DNA of 63,806 nt, filler included, from Chiloscyllium plagiosum (GCF_004010195.1; 5 parts of one record of this genome joined end to end with filler, not necessarily neighbours in it), one strand, 5' to 3'. Shown: positions 49,341 to 61,563, counted from the first letter of the whole stretch. The notes: generated by a model not told the origin, from the sequence alone. Numbers and translations: made by a program.

Positions 49341-51084
49341 TCCAGGCTCACTGCCTTTATTCCTGATGAAGGGCTTTTGCCCAAAACGTCGATTTCACTG
49401 CTCCTTGGATGCTGCCTGAACTGCTGTGCTCTTCCAGCATCACTAATCCAGAAATAGGTGCAGGAGTAGGCCATCCTGCCCTTCGAGCCAGCACCACCAT
49501 TCAATATGATCATGGCTGATCATCCTTAATCAGTATCCTGTTCCTGCCTTATCTCCATAACCCTTGATTCCACTATCCTGATTCCAGGGATGGCAGGACT
49601 GACGGATGATGAGTGACTGGGTTGGTTAGGATTTCATTCACAGGATAGTTCACAGGAGTTTAGAATGAGGGGAGATATTCATAGATACCTACTAAATCTT
49701 AACAGGACTACACAGATGCAGGAAGGATGTTCCAATGACTGGGCAAGTTCAGCACCAGGGGTTACAGTTGAAGGATAGCACGTAGGTAGGCCATTAAGGA
49801 CTGAGATGGGGAGAAATGTCTTCACCCCGAGAGTGGGGAGCCTGGGGAATTCTCTAACAGAGGCCAAGCCATTGAATGCTTCGAAAGAAGGAGTTAGATC
49901 TAGTCCTTCAGGTGAAAGGGTACGGGCAGAGAGCAGGAGCAGGTGACTGAGATGGATGATCAGCCATGACTAGCTTCGAAGGGCCGAATGGTCTCCTCCT
50001 GCTGCTATCTTCTTTGTTTGGATATTCCCCATGAATGAATGAACGGGTGTCACCATCGTTTAACACTAATGGCCCACATTCCGAAGGGCAACCTGGGATA
50101 AGAGTGAACTCTGACCCAGAGCTGAACAGGTAGCTATTGGAATGAAGTCAGAACCTCACTGGGTTTCCCCGGGGCCTCTGAGAGACGGGCAGATGGAGAC
50201 TGCACTGAGGACACTCCTATTGGTGGGGGGGGCAATTCACCAAGCATGACATTGAGATCGATCTGGGGCAAGGGGCAGGGTAGCACGTGAGGGGGCAGGG
50301 CACCAGGGGTCAGGAGGTTGCCATAGTGATGGGGGTAGAGGGAGTCTGTCACTGGCAGGAGTCACCACACTGCGCGGGGGGGGGGGGCGTAAAGTGGGTA
50401 TGGGAGCAGGATAACCCCCAATGGGGCAGAGCTGGCCAGGAGCAGGGGGGCAGGTTCCAGTCTCTGGAGACCCACAGCTGCAGGCAGGAGCTGAGGGGAG
50501 GCAGGGGGTGAGGGGGGACGGAAGGGTCCAGTGCCTCCTGCCTGCCCTCTCTGCCCAGCTCCTCCAGCTCTCCGGCCTGGCACGAGGGTGGGACCCAGAT
50601 CCTGTACAGATCTCCGATGTTCCCGCTGCCTCACACACAGCGTCTGGCACCTCAGGGCGTGGGCTGGGATTCAGGATCAATCCATGGTCCAGGATTTCCC
50701 TCTCCGCTGGGAATTGCTCGGGTCTTTCAGACACATAGCGGAAGGAGCAGAGCAGGTGGTGGGACTTTGGGCAGCATCAGGGCACGTGGGGATCACGGTG
50801 AAGACCAGTCAGTGAGGTCCTCCCCCACCTCCCTCTCCCTACCCTGGGACCCGCCCATCATAACTATCCCATTCCCAACTCGCAAAAAAACACAGCCCAG
50901 TGAGAGCAGCTCGTGGGATCGTGCTGTGCACAACCTGTCATTGATCTACACTGGGAAAACACTCACTTCACATCAACACAAACCTTCTGTGCAGGGCATC
51001 AAGATATCCTGAGGATGTGCCAGGCGCAACAGCAATGAAATCTTTCCCATTTTAACCACCATCGGAAAAGGCAGATGGGACCAC

Positions 51085-51488
51085 AGCACTGACCCTCTGA
51101 TAGTGCAGCGCTCCCTCAGCACTGACCCTCTGATAGTGCAGCGCTCCCTCAGCCCACTCCCTCAGCACTGACCCTTCGACAGTTCCCACTCCCTCAGCAC
51201 TGACCCTCCGACAGTGCGGCGCTCCCTCAGCACTGACCCTCCGACAGTGCCCACTCCCTCAGCACTGACCCTCCGACAGTGCCCACTCCCTCAGTGCTGA
51301 CCCTCCGACAGTGCCCACTCCCTCAGCGATGAACCTCTAACACTGCGGCACTCCCTCAGCACTGACCCTCCGACAGTGCCCATTCCCTCAGCACTGACCC
51401 TCCAACAGTGCCCACTCCCTCAGCGCTGAACCTCTAACACTGCGGCACTCCCTCAGCACTGACCCTCCGACAGGCTGCATACCCTCAG
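51085..51488. repeat. About 33-bp minisatellite, third array
   Basis: Same unit as above. Confidence 0.9.
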
Positions 51489-51512
51489 TCAAGGTTAACT
51501 CCTTGCAGTGGA

Positions 51513-51859
51513 AGAGAGAAAGTGAGGACTGCAGATGCTGGACAGTCAGAGTCAAAAAATCCTGGGCTTCCTCCACCACCAAATCCAAGCCACCTGACGC
51601 CCGGAGGGAGAACGCTTCATCTTCCACCTTTGACCCTGTATCCAAACGGCATCAACAGTGACTTCATTAGCTTTAAATCACCCCTCCTCCCACCTCCTCC
51701 CAGATCCAACCCTCCAACTCTACACCACCCTCTTGACCTGTCCTACCTGTTCATCTTCTTTCCCACNNNNNNNNNNNNNNNNNNNNNNNNTGCCCAAAAC
51801 ATAAGGTCCTCAGATGCTACTTGTCCTGCTGAGCTTTTCCAGCGCCACACTTTTCGACC
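51513..51859. mobile_element. Rearranged family-A Penelope fragment
   Basis: 12-bp TSD ccttgcagtgga (51501-51512, 51860-51871); the interior resembles the end of a PLE endonuclease (ERFIFHL..PNGINSDF). Confidence 0.75.
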
Positions 51860-52734
51860 CCTTGCAGTGGACGTCGAACAAGTTTTGGGGAGACCGAAGA
51901 GCGTCTTGCACAGATTTGACGGTCCTCCAAGCACAGTTGACGTTCCCCAGAATACCAACAGTCTGTGGAGCAGAGTGACCTGTGTCACGGAGCTGCTTGG
52001 GACGAATCCTACCTCGGGTGTCTACCTAGGGTAGGCAATGGCCTTATAATATTATTGCTAGACTCTTAATCCAGAACCTCAGTTAATGTTCTGCGGACTG
52101 GGTTCAAATCCCACCACGGGAAAAGGGGGAATTTGAATCCAAGAATCTAATGATGACCATGAAACTATTGAACATTGTCAGGGTCAGTAACTGCCATCCT
52201 TCCCCGGTCTGACCTACACGTGACTCCAGACCCACAGCAATGAGATTCATTGGATTCTTATTTCCAATTCTTTATTGGATTCAAATTCCACCTTTTCCCG
52301 TGGTGGGATTTGAACCTCTGGGCAATTAGGGATGGACAATAAATGCTGAGCCTAGCCAGCCATGCCGTCATCCCATCAATATTAAAAACCTCTCTCTTCA
52401 AGCCTCTTTGTAAAGGCACATTCAAGAAGGAGGTGGACGGGAGTGACTTGTCCGCCCGTCTCCTCGAGGGCAGCATGGGGAGGGCGTAAGACTCAGGAAG
52501 TGTTTGAATGATTTGATGGCCAAGGGGTCTCCCTCCCCACCAGCCCAAGTCCCCATCTTGGAGAAGGGCCACTGGACCCGAAACATTAACTCTGCTTCTT
52601 CCCCCTCTGCACAGCTGCTGACGGCTCTCTCCAGCAACTCCTAGATCTTGTTCTCCCTTGGTGTTGGAAAGCTCTGGCCTTGAGACCTTCTTCCCTGTGA
52701 CAGACTAGCAGCCATGGGTAGTCAAACTCAAAGG

Positions 52735-54052
52735 TAAAAACAAGGACTGCAGATGCTGGAAACCAGAGTCTAGATTAGAGTGGTGCTGGAAAAGCACAGC
52801 AGTTCAGGCAGCATCCGAGGAGCAGTAAAATCGACGTTTCGGGCAAAAGCCCTTCATCAGGAATACAGGCAGAGAGCCTGAAGGGTGGAGAGATAAGTGA
52901 GAGGAGGCTGGGGTTGGGGAGAAAGTTGCATAGAGTACAATAGGTGAGTAGGGGAGGGGATGAAGGTNNNNNNNNNNNNNNNNNNNNNNNNNNNNNNNNN
53001 NNNNNNNNNNNNNNNNNNNNNNNNNNNNNNNNNNNNNNNNNNNNNNNNNNNNNNNNNNNNNNNNNNNNNNNNNNNNNNNNNNNNNNNNNNNNNNNNNNNN
53101 NNNNNNNNNNNNNNNNNNNNNNNNNNNNNNNNNNNNNNNNNNNNNNNNNNNNNNNNNNNNNNNNNNNNNNNNNNNNNNNNNNNNNNNNNNNNNNNNNNNN
53201 NNNNNNNNNNNNNNNNNNNNNNNNNNNNNNNNNNNNNNNNNNNNNNNNNNNNNNNNNNNNNNNNNNNNNNNNNNNNNNNNNNNNNNNNNNNNNNNNNNNN
53301 NNNNNNNNNNNNNNNNNNNNNNNNNNNNNNNNNNNNNNNNNNNNNNNNNNNNNNNNNNNNNNNNNNNNNNNNNNNNNNNNNNNNNNNNNNNNNNNNGAAA
53401 GGTGTGGGGAGGGAAATATATCCCTGGTGGTGGTGTCTGTTTGGAGGTGGCGGAAATGTCGGCGGATGATTTGGTTTATGCGAAGGTTGGTAGGGTGGAA
53501 GGTGGGCACCAGGGGCGTTCTGTCCTTGTTGCGGTTGGAGGGGTTTGGTCTGAGGGCGGAGGTGCGGGATGTGGATGGGATGTGGACGAGATGCGTTGGA
53601 GTGCATCTTTAACCATGTGGGAAGGGAAATTGCGGTCTCTAAAGAAGGTGGCCATCTGGTGTGTTCTGTGGTGGAACTGCTCCTCCTGGGAGCAGATACG
53701 GCGGGGGCGGAGGAATTGGGGATACGGGATGGCATTTTTGCAAGAGGTAGGGTGGGAAGAGGTGTAATCCAGGTAGCTGTGGGAGTCGGTGGGTTTGTAG
53801 AAAATGTCAGTGTCAAGTCGGTCGTCACTGATGGAGATGGAGAGGTCCAGGAAGGGGAGGGAGGTGTCAGAGATGGTCCAGGTAAATTTAAGGTCAGGGT
53901 GGAATGTGTTGGTGAAGTTGATGAATTGCTCAACCTCCTCGCAGGAGCACGAGGTGGCGCCAATACAGTCATCAATGTAGCGGAGGAAGAGATGGGGAGT
54001 GATGCCGGTGTAATTACGGAAGATCAACCGCTCTACGTAGCCAACAAAGAGA
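52735..54052 (-). mobile_element. 5'-truncated Penelope-like retroelement (RT C-terminal half, gap, 3' pseudo-LTR with hammerhead)
   Basis: FLRYIDDCIG..HPDLKFT..LPFLDL..YKPTDSHSYLDYTSSHP..KNAIPY..RRICS; 12-bp TSD caaactcaaagg (52723-52734, 54053-54064). Confidence 0.92.
52829..52865 (-). ncRNA. Minimal type I hammerhead ribozyme motif in the PLE pseudo-LTR
   Basis: uc-CUGAUGA-A-[GGGC UUUU GCCC]-GAAACGUC-ga, in the same sense as the PLE RT. Confidence 0.72.
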
Positions 54053-54234
54053 CAAACTCAAAGGGTCAGCAGGCTGGATGGGCTGAATGGCCTACTCCTT
54101 ACATTTTACAGTCTAATGGACACGTCTGCTCCTAGGGAGACTTTCCAGCCCCTCCCAGGTTTGTGTGGAGGGGGCTTCCTCCTTCCCTAAATCTTCACAT
54201 TTTCCATTCCATGCCCCATCCTCCTTTTATTTTT

Positions 54235-54960
54235 CGTCCGCCGACAGCAAGGTGCTTGAAGAGCCCCTTTAAGGGCTGACCCTGCCTTCACCCCCCGCCG
54301 TCACCACCGGCTCCAGTTACTATGGAGACCGCCATGACGACGGCCCCCATAACAACCAGACCCCGTGACCTCACCTGCTAGCCCACTAAAATCAAACAAA
54401 ATAAATAATCACTAGAATGCTGCACCAGATAAAACATTTTATAAAATAAAACAATGATTGACAGTAAATATCTCTCCTGATTTGGAGAGGGCCGTGACAT
54501 GTTGCTAGGTGACGCCGCTGGGGGTCAGAGGTGACCACCGGCTCAATAAAACTAAGGGTTTTAATCGCCCACACACAGTTCACTCTGTGTTTTTTTTGTA
54601 GTGAGAAGCGGGGAGAAAGGGACTGTTTAAAATAATATTTGAGTTTTCCGAGGTTGGGGTAAAACAAACAGCGGGAGGGGGCGGGGTTACCAAGATGGCG
54701 GCGGTTGCCGTGGAAACGGGAGTCGGCGAAGCCTGAGGCCTAGGCCCCGTGTATGGAGCCCGCGCTCTGTGTCATCCTCCCGCGACCGGCGCTCCGTGAG
54801 ACCGGGGACTGACAGCGGCCTGAGTGGAGAGCTGTGAGTACCGGGGCCGGGGCCGGGGCCGGGGCGGGTCTACAGCAGGTGGCTCCTTCCCCCGGGGTTT
54901 TCTCTCTCTCTCAGGGAGGGGAGAGGCTCTGCCATTATATCGAGCTCTGAAGCAGGATCC
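54235..54960. promoter_or_regulatory. CpG-rich promoter region, probably bidirectional, with a non-coding first exon on the plus strand ending at 54833
   Basis: GC box 54678-54686, YY1 motif aagatggcggc 54692-54702, RFX X-box-like gttgccgtggaaac 54704-54717, gttgctaggtgac 54501-54513, gttactatggagac 54316-54329; donor gtgagt at 54834. Confidence 0.7.
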
Positions 54961-56149
54961 CNNNNNNNNNNNNNNNNNNNNNNNNNNNNNNNNNNNNNNN
55001 NNNNNNNNNNNNNNNNNNNNNNNNNNNNNNNNNNNNNNNNNNNNNNNNNNNNNNNNNNNNNNNNNNNNNNNNNNNNNNNNNNNNNNNNNNNNNNNNNNNN
55101 NNNNNNNNNNNNNNNNNNNNNNNNNNNNNNNNNNNNNNNNNNNNNNNNNNNNNNNNNNNNNNNNNNNNNNNNNNNNNNNNNNNNNNNNNNNNNNNNNNNN
55201 NNNNNNNNNNNNNNNNNNNNNNNNNNNNNNNNNNNNNNNNNNNNNNNNNNNNNNNNNNNNNNNNNNNNNNNNNNNNNNNNNNNNNNNNNNNNNNNNNNNN
55301 NNNNNNNNNNNNNNNNNNNNNNNNNNNNNNNNNNNNNNNNNNNNNNNNNNNNNNNNNNNNNNNNNNNNNNNNNNNNNNNNNNNNNNNNNNNNNNNNNNNN
55401 NNNNNNNNNNNNNNNNNNNNNNNNNNNNNNNNNNNNNNNNNNNNNNNNNNNNNNNNNNNNNNNNNNNNNNNNNNNNNNNNNNNNNNNNNNNNNNNNNNNN
55501 NNNNNNNNNNNNNNNNNNNNNNNNNNNNNNNNNNNNNNNNNNNNNNNNNNNNNNNNNNNNNNNNNNNNNNNNNNNNNNNNNNNNNNNNNNNNNNNNNNNN
55601 NNNNNNNNNNNNNNNNNNNNNNNNNNNNNNNNNNNNNNNNNNNNNNNNNNNNNNNNNNNNNNNNNNNNNNNNNNNNNNNNNNNNNNNNNNNNNNNNNNNN
55701 NNNNNNNNNNNNNNNNNNNNNNNNNNNNNNNNNNNNNNNNNNNNNNNNNNNNNNNNTCAGTTGACAGTAGTTGAGTCTTGCTGCCAACATATGAACAATG
55801 ATTCCTGTGTTTTCATGGCCTTGGCAGATTCTGACCAACTCCGGGAAGCTCGCAGGAACACCTGAGCTTCCCACGTATCTGCAGCTTGGCCCAGATGGAG
55901 TTAACTCTTTCACAACACAGCATCACTAATTCATTGGGAGCTACACAATGTGTCTGGAGCACATCTGCACAAAATATGATGTTTTCTCACAATGCAATTA
56001 ATTTCAGTCAAATAACAAACCGAGAACAAAGAAAATCAAGTGTTCCCAATGTGACACTAAACAATAGGACTTGAACCACAGGAGTGATTGGACTGGCAAC
56101 TAACTGAAGGCTTCAGTGTGGTTTATATTCAGAATAACAGTTACCCGGG

Positions 56150-57720
56150 AGGGAAGTACACACTGGAATCTACAAAGTCTATCAGGGTAACAGAGCAGAG
56201 TGCAGAATACATTGTTACGGCCACAGAGGACGTGCAGAGAGAGATCAGAAGTAATATTTGAGATGTCCAATCAAAAGTCTGATAACAGCACAAAAAATGC
56301 TGTTCTTGAATCTATTCGTATGTGTATTCAAACGTTTGCATGTGCTGCCTGACGGAAGAGATTATAACCAGGGTGGGAGGGTCTATGATGATGGCTGCTT
56401 TCCCTCGGCAGTGGGAAGTATAGGCTGAGGCAACGGATGGAAAGCTGGTTATCCTGATGGACTGGGCTGGGTTCACACCTCTCTGGTTTGTCGTGGTCTT
56501 GGGAAGTTGCCATACCGTTCTGTGATTCATCTGGTATGGATCCTTTCTATGGTGCATCTGTTAAAAAGGGGTCAGAGCCCCTGTGGAAATGTCGAATTTC
56601 CTCAGCCTCCTAAGGGAGTAGAGGTGTTGTGCTTTCTTGACAATAGTATCAAATGTGGGTGGTGCTGAAAATGTGTTGCTGGAGCTGAAAATGTGTTGCT
56701 GGAAAAGCACAGCAGGTCAGGCAGCATCCAAGGAGCAGGAGAATCGACATTTTGGGCATGAACCCTTCTTCAGGAATGAGGAGAGTGTGCCAAGCAAGCT
56801 AAGAGGGTGGGCCAGGGCAGGCTGTTGGTGATGGTCACTCCCAGGAACTTGATACTCACGACCATCTCCACCTCAGCCCCATTGATCCAGACAGGGACGT
56901 GCCCTCTACTCCACTTCCTGAACTCAGTGACCAGCTCCTTCCTTTTGCTGACATTGATGGGGAGAGTTTTTATCTTTACACGATGCTGCTAATCACTCCA
57001 CCTCCTCCCTGTACTCCGTGTCATTGGTGTTTCTGATCTGACCCACGGCAGTAGCATCGTCAGCAAGCTTGTAAATGGAGTCGGTGTGGGATTTGACCAC
57101 GTGGTTATGTGTGCATCAGGTGTATAGCAGGGGGCTGAGTACATACTCTCTGGGGCACCGCTGTTGAGGATTACCATGGAGGAGGTGTTGTCCCCTATCC
57201 TCACTGATGGCGGACTATGGGTCAGGATCCATTTCCAGAAGGGGGGAGCTGAGACCGAGGTCTCAGTTTGGGGATGAGTTTGTTTGGAATGATGGTTTTG
57301 AAGGTGGAGCTGTAGTCACTAAACAGGAGCATGATGTAGGTGTCCTTGTTGTCCTGATATGAGTATAGGGTCAGGGAGATGGCATCTGCTGTGGACCTGT
57401 TGCAACGGTAAGTGAATTGCAAAGGATCAACGCAGGTTGGGAGGCTGGAGATGATGTGAGCCATGACCAAACTCTCAAAGCACTTCATAGTCACATAATG
57501 ATGGAGGTGAGAACCACCAGGCACGTTGCATGTTTTTTTCTTTGGCACTGGGGTGATGGTCGTTTCCTTGAGGCAGGTGGGAATGTCAGATCAGAGGAAG
57601 AAGAGGTTAAAGATGTCAGGGCAGGCTGGTCCATGCAGGACCTGAGTGTACGGCCAGGGTCTCCATCTGGGCCTGTTCTCCTCTGTGGGTTCACCCTCAG
57701 GAAGGCCGATCTAACATCTG
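56150..57720 (-). mobile_element. Rex1/Babar-type LINE RT fragment with nested family-A piece (about 56664-56810)
   Basis: [58 protein letters not shown]. Confidence 0.8.
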
Positions 57721-57729
57721 TTTGAGACA

Positions 57730-57895
57730 AAACAGCAGATGCTGGAATCCAAACTAGACCAGCAGGAACCTGGAAGAACACAGCAAGCCTGGCAGCATCA
57801 GGTGGAGAAGTCAACAAAGAAGGGTTATACTGGAAAGATTGTCTTGTCCACCACCTGATACTGCCTGGCTTGCTATATTCTTCTGGCCTCCAGGA
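57730..57895. mobile_element. Old fold-back PLE-derived element, divergent family
   Basis: gcagatgctgg head; agcaagcctggcagcatcaggtgg is inverted relative to ccacctgatactgcctggcttgct. Confidence 0.5.
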
Positions 57896-58780
57896 AAGAT
57901 GTGCTGGAGTTAGGCTCCAGAGGAAGTTCACACGAGTGATGCAGGGGGTGAAGGGCCTGTCATATGAGGAGTGGTTGAGGAACCTGGGTCTGTACTCAAT
58001 GGAGTTTAGAAGGGTGAGGTAAGGTCTGATTGAAACTTACAAAAGGGCAGCACGGTGGCTCACTGGTTAGCACTGCTGCCTCACAACACCAGGGTCCCAG
58101 GTTCAATTGCAGCCTTGGGTGACTGTCTGTGTGGAGTTTGCACATTCTCCCCGTGTCTGCAAGTGCTCCGGTTTCCTCCCACAGTCCAAAGATGTGCAGG
58201 CTAGGTGAATTTACCATGCTAAACTGCCCATAGTGTTCAGGGATGTTAGGTGCATTAATCAGGGGTAAATGTAAGATAATAGGGTAGGGGAATGTGTCTG
58301 GGTGGGTTACTCTTCAGCGGGTCAGTGTGGACTTGTTGGGCCAAAGGGCCTGTTTCCACACTGTAGAGCTTCTACATCTTCTATATACAGGGTATATGAG
58401 GGGTGTGTTTGGAGGGTTGATGTGGACTTGATGAATGCTAAGAGGCCTGGATAGGGTTGACATGGAGAAAATGTTTTCACTCACAGCAGAGATGAGGACC
58501 CAAGGGCATAGCCCTCCGAGTGAAGGGAAGACCATTTAGAAACTTGATGAGGGATTTCTCTGTCCAGAGGATGGTCGATCCATGGAACTCGTTGCCACAG
58601 AAGGCTGTGGAGACCAAGTTACTGAGTGTATTTAAGACCGAGATCGGTAGGTACTTGATTAGTGAGGGGATCAAGGGTTACAGGGAGAAGGCAGGAGAAC
58701 GAGGTTGAGAAACATATCAGCCATGATGGAATGGTGGTGCAGAATCGATGGGCTGAATGACCTCGTTCTGCTCCTATGAG
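57896..58780 (+). mobile_element. CR1 3' fragment with nested HE1-like SINE (58044-58364)
   Basis: FSVQRMVDPWNSLPQKAVE motif; SINE A/B boxes and V-domain. Confidence 0.8.
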
Positions 58781-59361
58781 ATTAGCTTTTCAATTCCAGG
58801 CTTTTTTCAAATTTTTATGCTGTTATTGGACTCCTGCCCTCTCTGGATTACCCAAAGCAGCAAAAGTGCCCAGTACATTGCCATGCTCATTAGTTGGAGC
58901 AGCTCCTTATGTTCCTTAGTGTAACAGTAGCCTAGGGCACGTTCAGTGCTGTGAAGGCATACAGCCAGGCACTGCAGAGCAGCTTTGCAACTGTAAGCTC
59001 AACTTTCTGTTAATGGCAATGGAATTTTCTAGGTTACTGTGTTAGATTACACGTGAATCCTTGGCTCACATTCCGATCCCTGCTGCTGTGTTTTGCTGAT
59101 GCTTATCTGAGCTGGGAAAGTTATTGTACTTTTGGCAGTCATAAACTCAGAGCAAAGTGTTTCTTGTAATTTCACAATCAAACAAGATCCAATGTCTGTC
59201 TGAAAACTTCAGGAAAGCTGCAAGAAAAGGAATTGAGGGTTTGTTTTGCTTTCATCCTGTGAATGAGTGAATGTTTTTTAAAAAGAACAAACTCCAAAGA
59301 TGTGGGTGCCCATGGCAAAGCCAGCCTCTACTGTGCATTCCCTGCGGTGTGTGACACCACT

Positions 59362-59689
59362 TTTTTATTACCCCCCACACTACCGCCTAACTGCGTTTGT
59401 GCTTATTTTTCCACCAGCTCCCCTGTTGTGTGTGCAGGTGTGAGACACAAGGTGTACAAAACTTTATTCAATTTCCACCACCAGGAAGAAAGGAAACACC
59501 CGAATGGCCAGTGACAAGCGATGCCCTTCACATCAAAGGGACAGTGCTGTGTGATCAAACAGTGAAGGGGAGGGCAGGGACTAAATCAAAATAGAGTTGG
59601 AGGGGGAAATAATGCACTCCACTCCCTGCGGCGCCCACCTCTCCCTGAACAACTCCAGGGTGTTGGTGGACACCGCGTTCTCCTTCTCC
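59362..59689 (-). mobile_element. Tx1-like (L1 group) LINE 3' end
   Basis: Minus strand reads EKENAVSTNTLELFRERWAPQGVECIISPSNSILI*, resembling a Tx1 ORF2 C-terminus; followed by a 3'UTR with AATAAA and an A-rich end. Confidence 0.6.
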
Positions 59690-59789
59690 NNNNNNNNNNN
59701 NNNNNNNNNNNNNNNNNNNNNNNNNNNNNNNNNTTAATTAATTAANNNNNNNNNNNNNNNNNNNNNNNNNNNNNNNNNNNNNNNNNNNN
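59690..59789. other. Artificial scaffolding spacer
   Basis: N44-TTAATTAATTAA(59734-59745)-N44. Confidence 0.95.
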
Positions 59790-60886
59790 CCCCCTCCTTT
59801 TTTACCACCCTCCCTAATCTTACTGAAACATCTGTAACCAGGAACCTCCAACAACCATTCCTGTCCCTCTTCTATCCACGTTTCCGTGATGGCCACAACA
59901 TCGTAGTCCTAAGTACCGATCCACACCTTAAGTTCACCCACCTGATTTCTGATACTCCGTGCGTTGAAGTATACGCACTTTGGAAGGAGTAACTGGAATA
60001 CAAAGTACTGGGCTAATGGTAAGACTTTTGTTAGTGTAGATGAGCAGAGAGATCTCAGTGTCCATGTGTACAGATCCCTGAAAGTTGTCACCCAGGTTGA
60101 TAGGGATGTTAAGAAGGCATACAGTGTGTTAGCTTTTATTGGCAGAGGGATTGAGTTTTGGAGCCATGAGGTCATGTTGCAGCTGTACAAAACTCTGGTA
60201 CGGCTGCATTTGGAGTATTGTGTACAGTTCTGGTCACTGCATTATAGGAAGGATGTGGAAGCATTCGAAAGGATGCCGAGGGGATTTACTAGGATGTTGC
60301 CTGGTATGGAGGGGAAGGTCTTACGAGGAAAGGTTGAGGGATTGGAGGCTGTTTTCATTAGAAGAAGGTTGAGAGGTGACTTAATAGTGACATACAAGTT
60401 GATCAGAGCATTAGGGTGGACTGGGAGAGCCTTTTTCCTTGGATGGTGATGACTAGCACGAGGGGACATAACGTTAACTTGAGGAATGAAAGATACAGGA
60501 TAGACGTCAGAGGTAGTTTCTTTACTCAGAGTAATAAGGGCTTGGAACACCCTGCGTGCAACAATAGTAGACTCAGCAATTTTAAGGGCATTTGAATGGT
60601 CATTAGACAGACATATGGATGAGAATGGGTCAAGATCAGAGTGGTGCTGGAAAAGTACAGCAGGTCAGGCAGCTTCCGAGGAGCAGGAAAATCGACTTTT
60701 CAGGCAAAAGCCCTTCATCATTTCCAGCATCACTCTAATTTTGTCTCAAATCTCCAGCATCTGCAATACCTACTTCTGCCATATGATGATAATGGAATAG
60801 TGTAGGTGGGATGGGCTTGAGATTGGTATGACAGGGCGGCACAACATCGAGGGCCGAAGGGCCTGTACTGCGCTGTAATGTTCTAT
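59790..60886 (+). mobile_element. CR1 3' fragment (plus) joined to an inverted CR1 endonuclease fragment (59790-59975, minus), with nested family-A element (about 60629-60780)
   Basis: Minus KCVYFNARSIRNQVGELKVWIGT abuts plus HFGRSN..LEYCVQFWS. Confidence 0.8.
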
Positions 60887-61563
60887 GTTCTCACTCTGAG
60901 GTAACCTCCTTTGCTGTCCACTACATCTCCAATTTTGTTGTCATCTGCAAACTTACTAACGTTACCTCCTATATTCACGTCCAAATGATTAATGTGGAAT
61001 TTGATTTCAAACTCCATCATTTTAAAATGAAATAAGGCCAGAGAGACCACCTTCAGCAATAACACTTAACCAGCGTTTATCAGTGAGCAGGTGACTGTAG
61101 CTGAACATGGTGTTAATGGTGAGATGTTTATACTGTTTATTTTAATGACAGGCAGGTTAACCATTTAAGATAATTAGCTTTGTCTTTCTAGGAGAATCTA
61201 GGAGAGCGTATTTTTTTTTAAAAATCCGTTCAGTTGTAATCTGACTTAAACTTAGAAGCAATTTAGTTTCTTCCCTTGAAGACGTTCAGTGAACCAGTTG
61301 CCTCAGCAGAAGTAACAATAGAGATTGCTGGAAAAACTCAGCATGTCTGGAAACATCTGTGGAGAGAAAGCGCAGTTAGCATTTTGGATCTTGTGACCCT
61401 TCTTAAGATAGGAAGTTAATTGCTTCCTCTCCACAGATGCTGTCAGACTTGCTGAGTTCTTCCAGCAATTCCTGTTTCTGTTTCTGATTTCCAGCATCCG
61501 CTGATTTTTTCTAACTTCAAGAAAAGTGTTTACTTTATAAATTGTTAAAAGTTTAACCTGCAG

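Noticed and set aside
50237..51012. Overlapping GC-rich ORFs on both strands
   Set aside because: No recognisable domain or consistent splice sites; long ORFs are expected in GC-rich DNA.
54695..54736. ATG in the YY1 motif as a protein start (MAAVAVETGVGEA*)
   Set aside because: It stops after 13 codons, before the donor at 54834; at most an upstream ORF.
52775..55913. Very long ORFs (222-372 aa) in the track
   Set aside because: They read through N gaps; only the Penelope RT portion is real.
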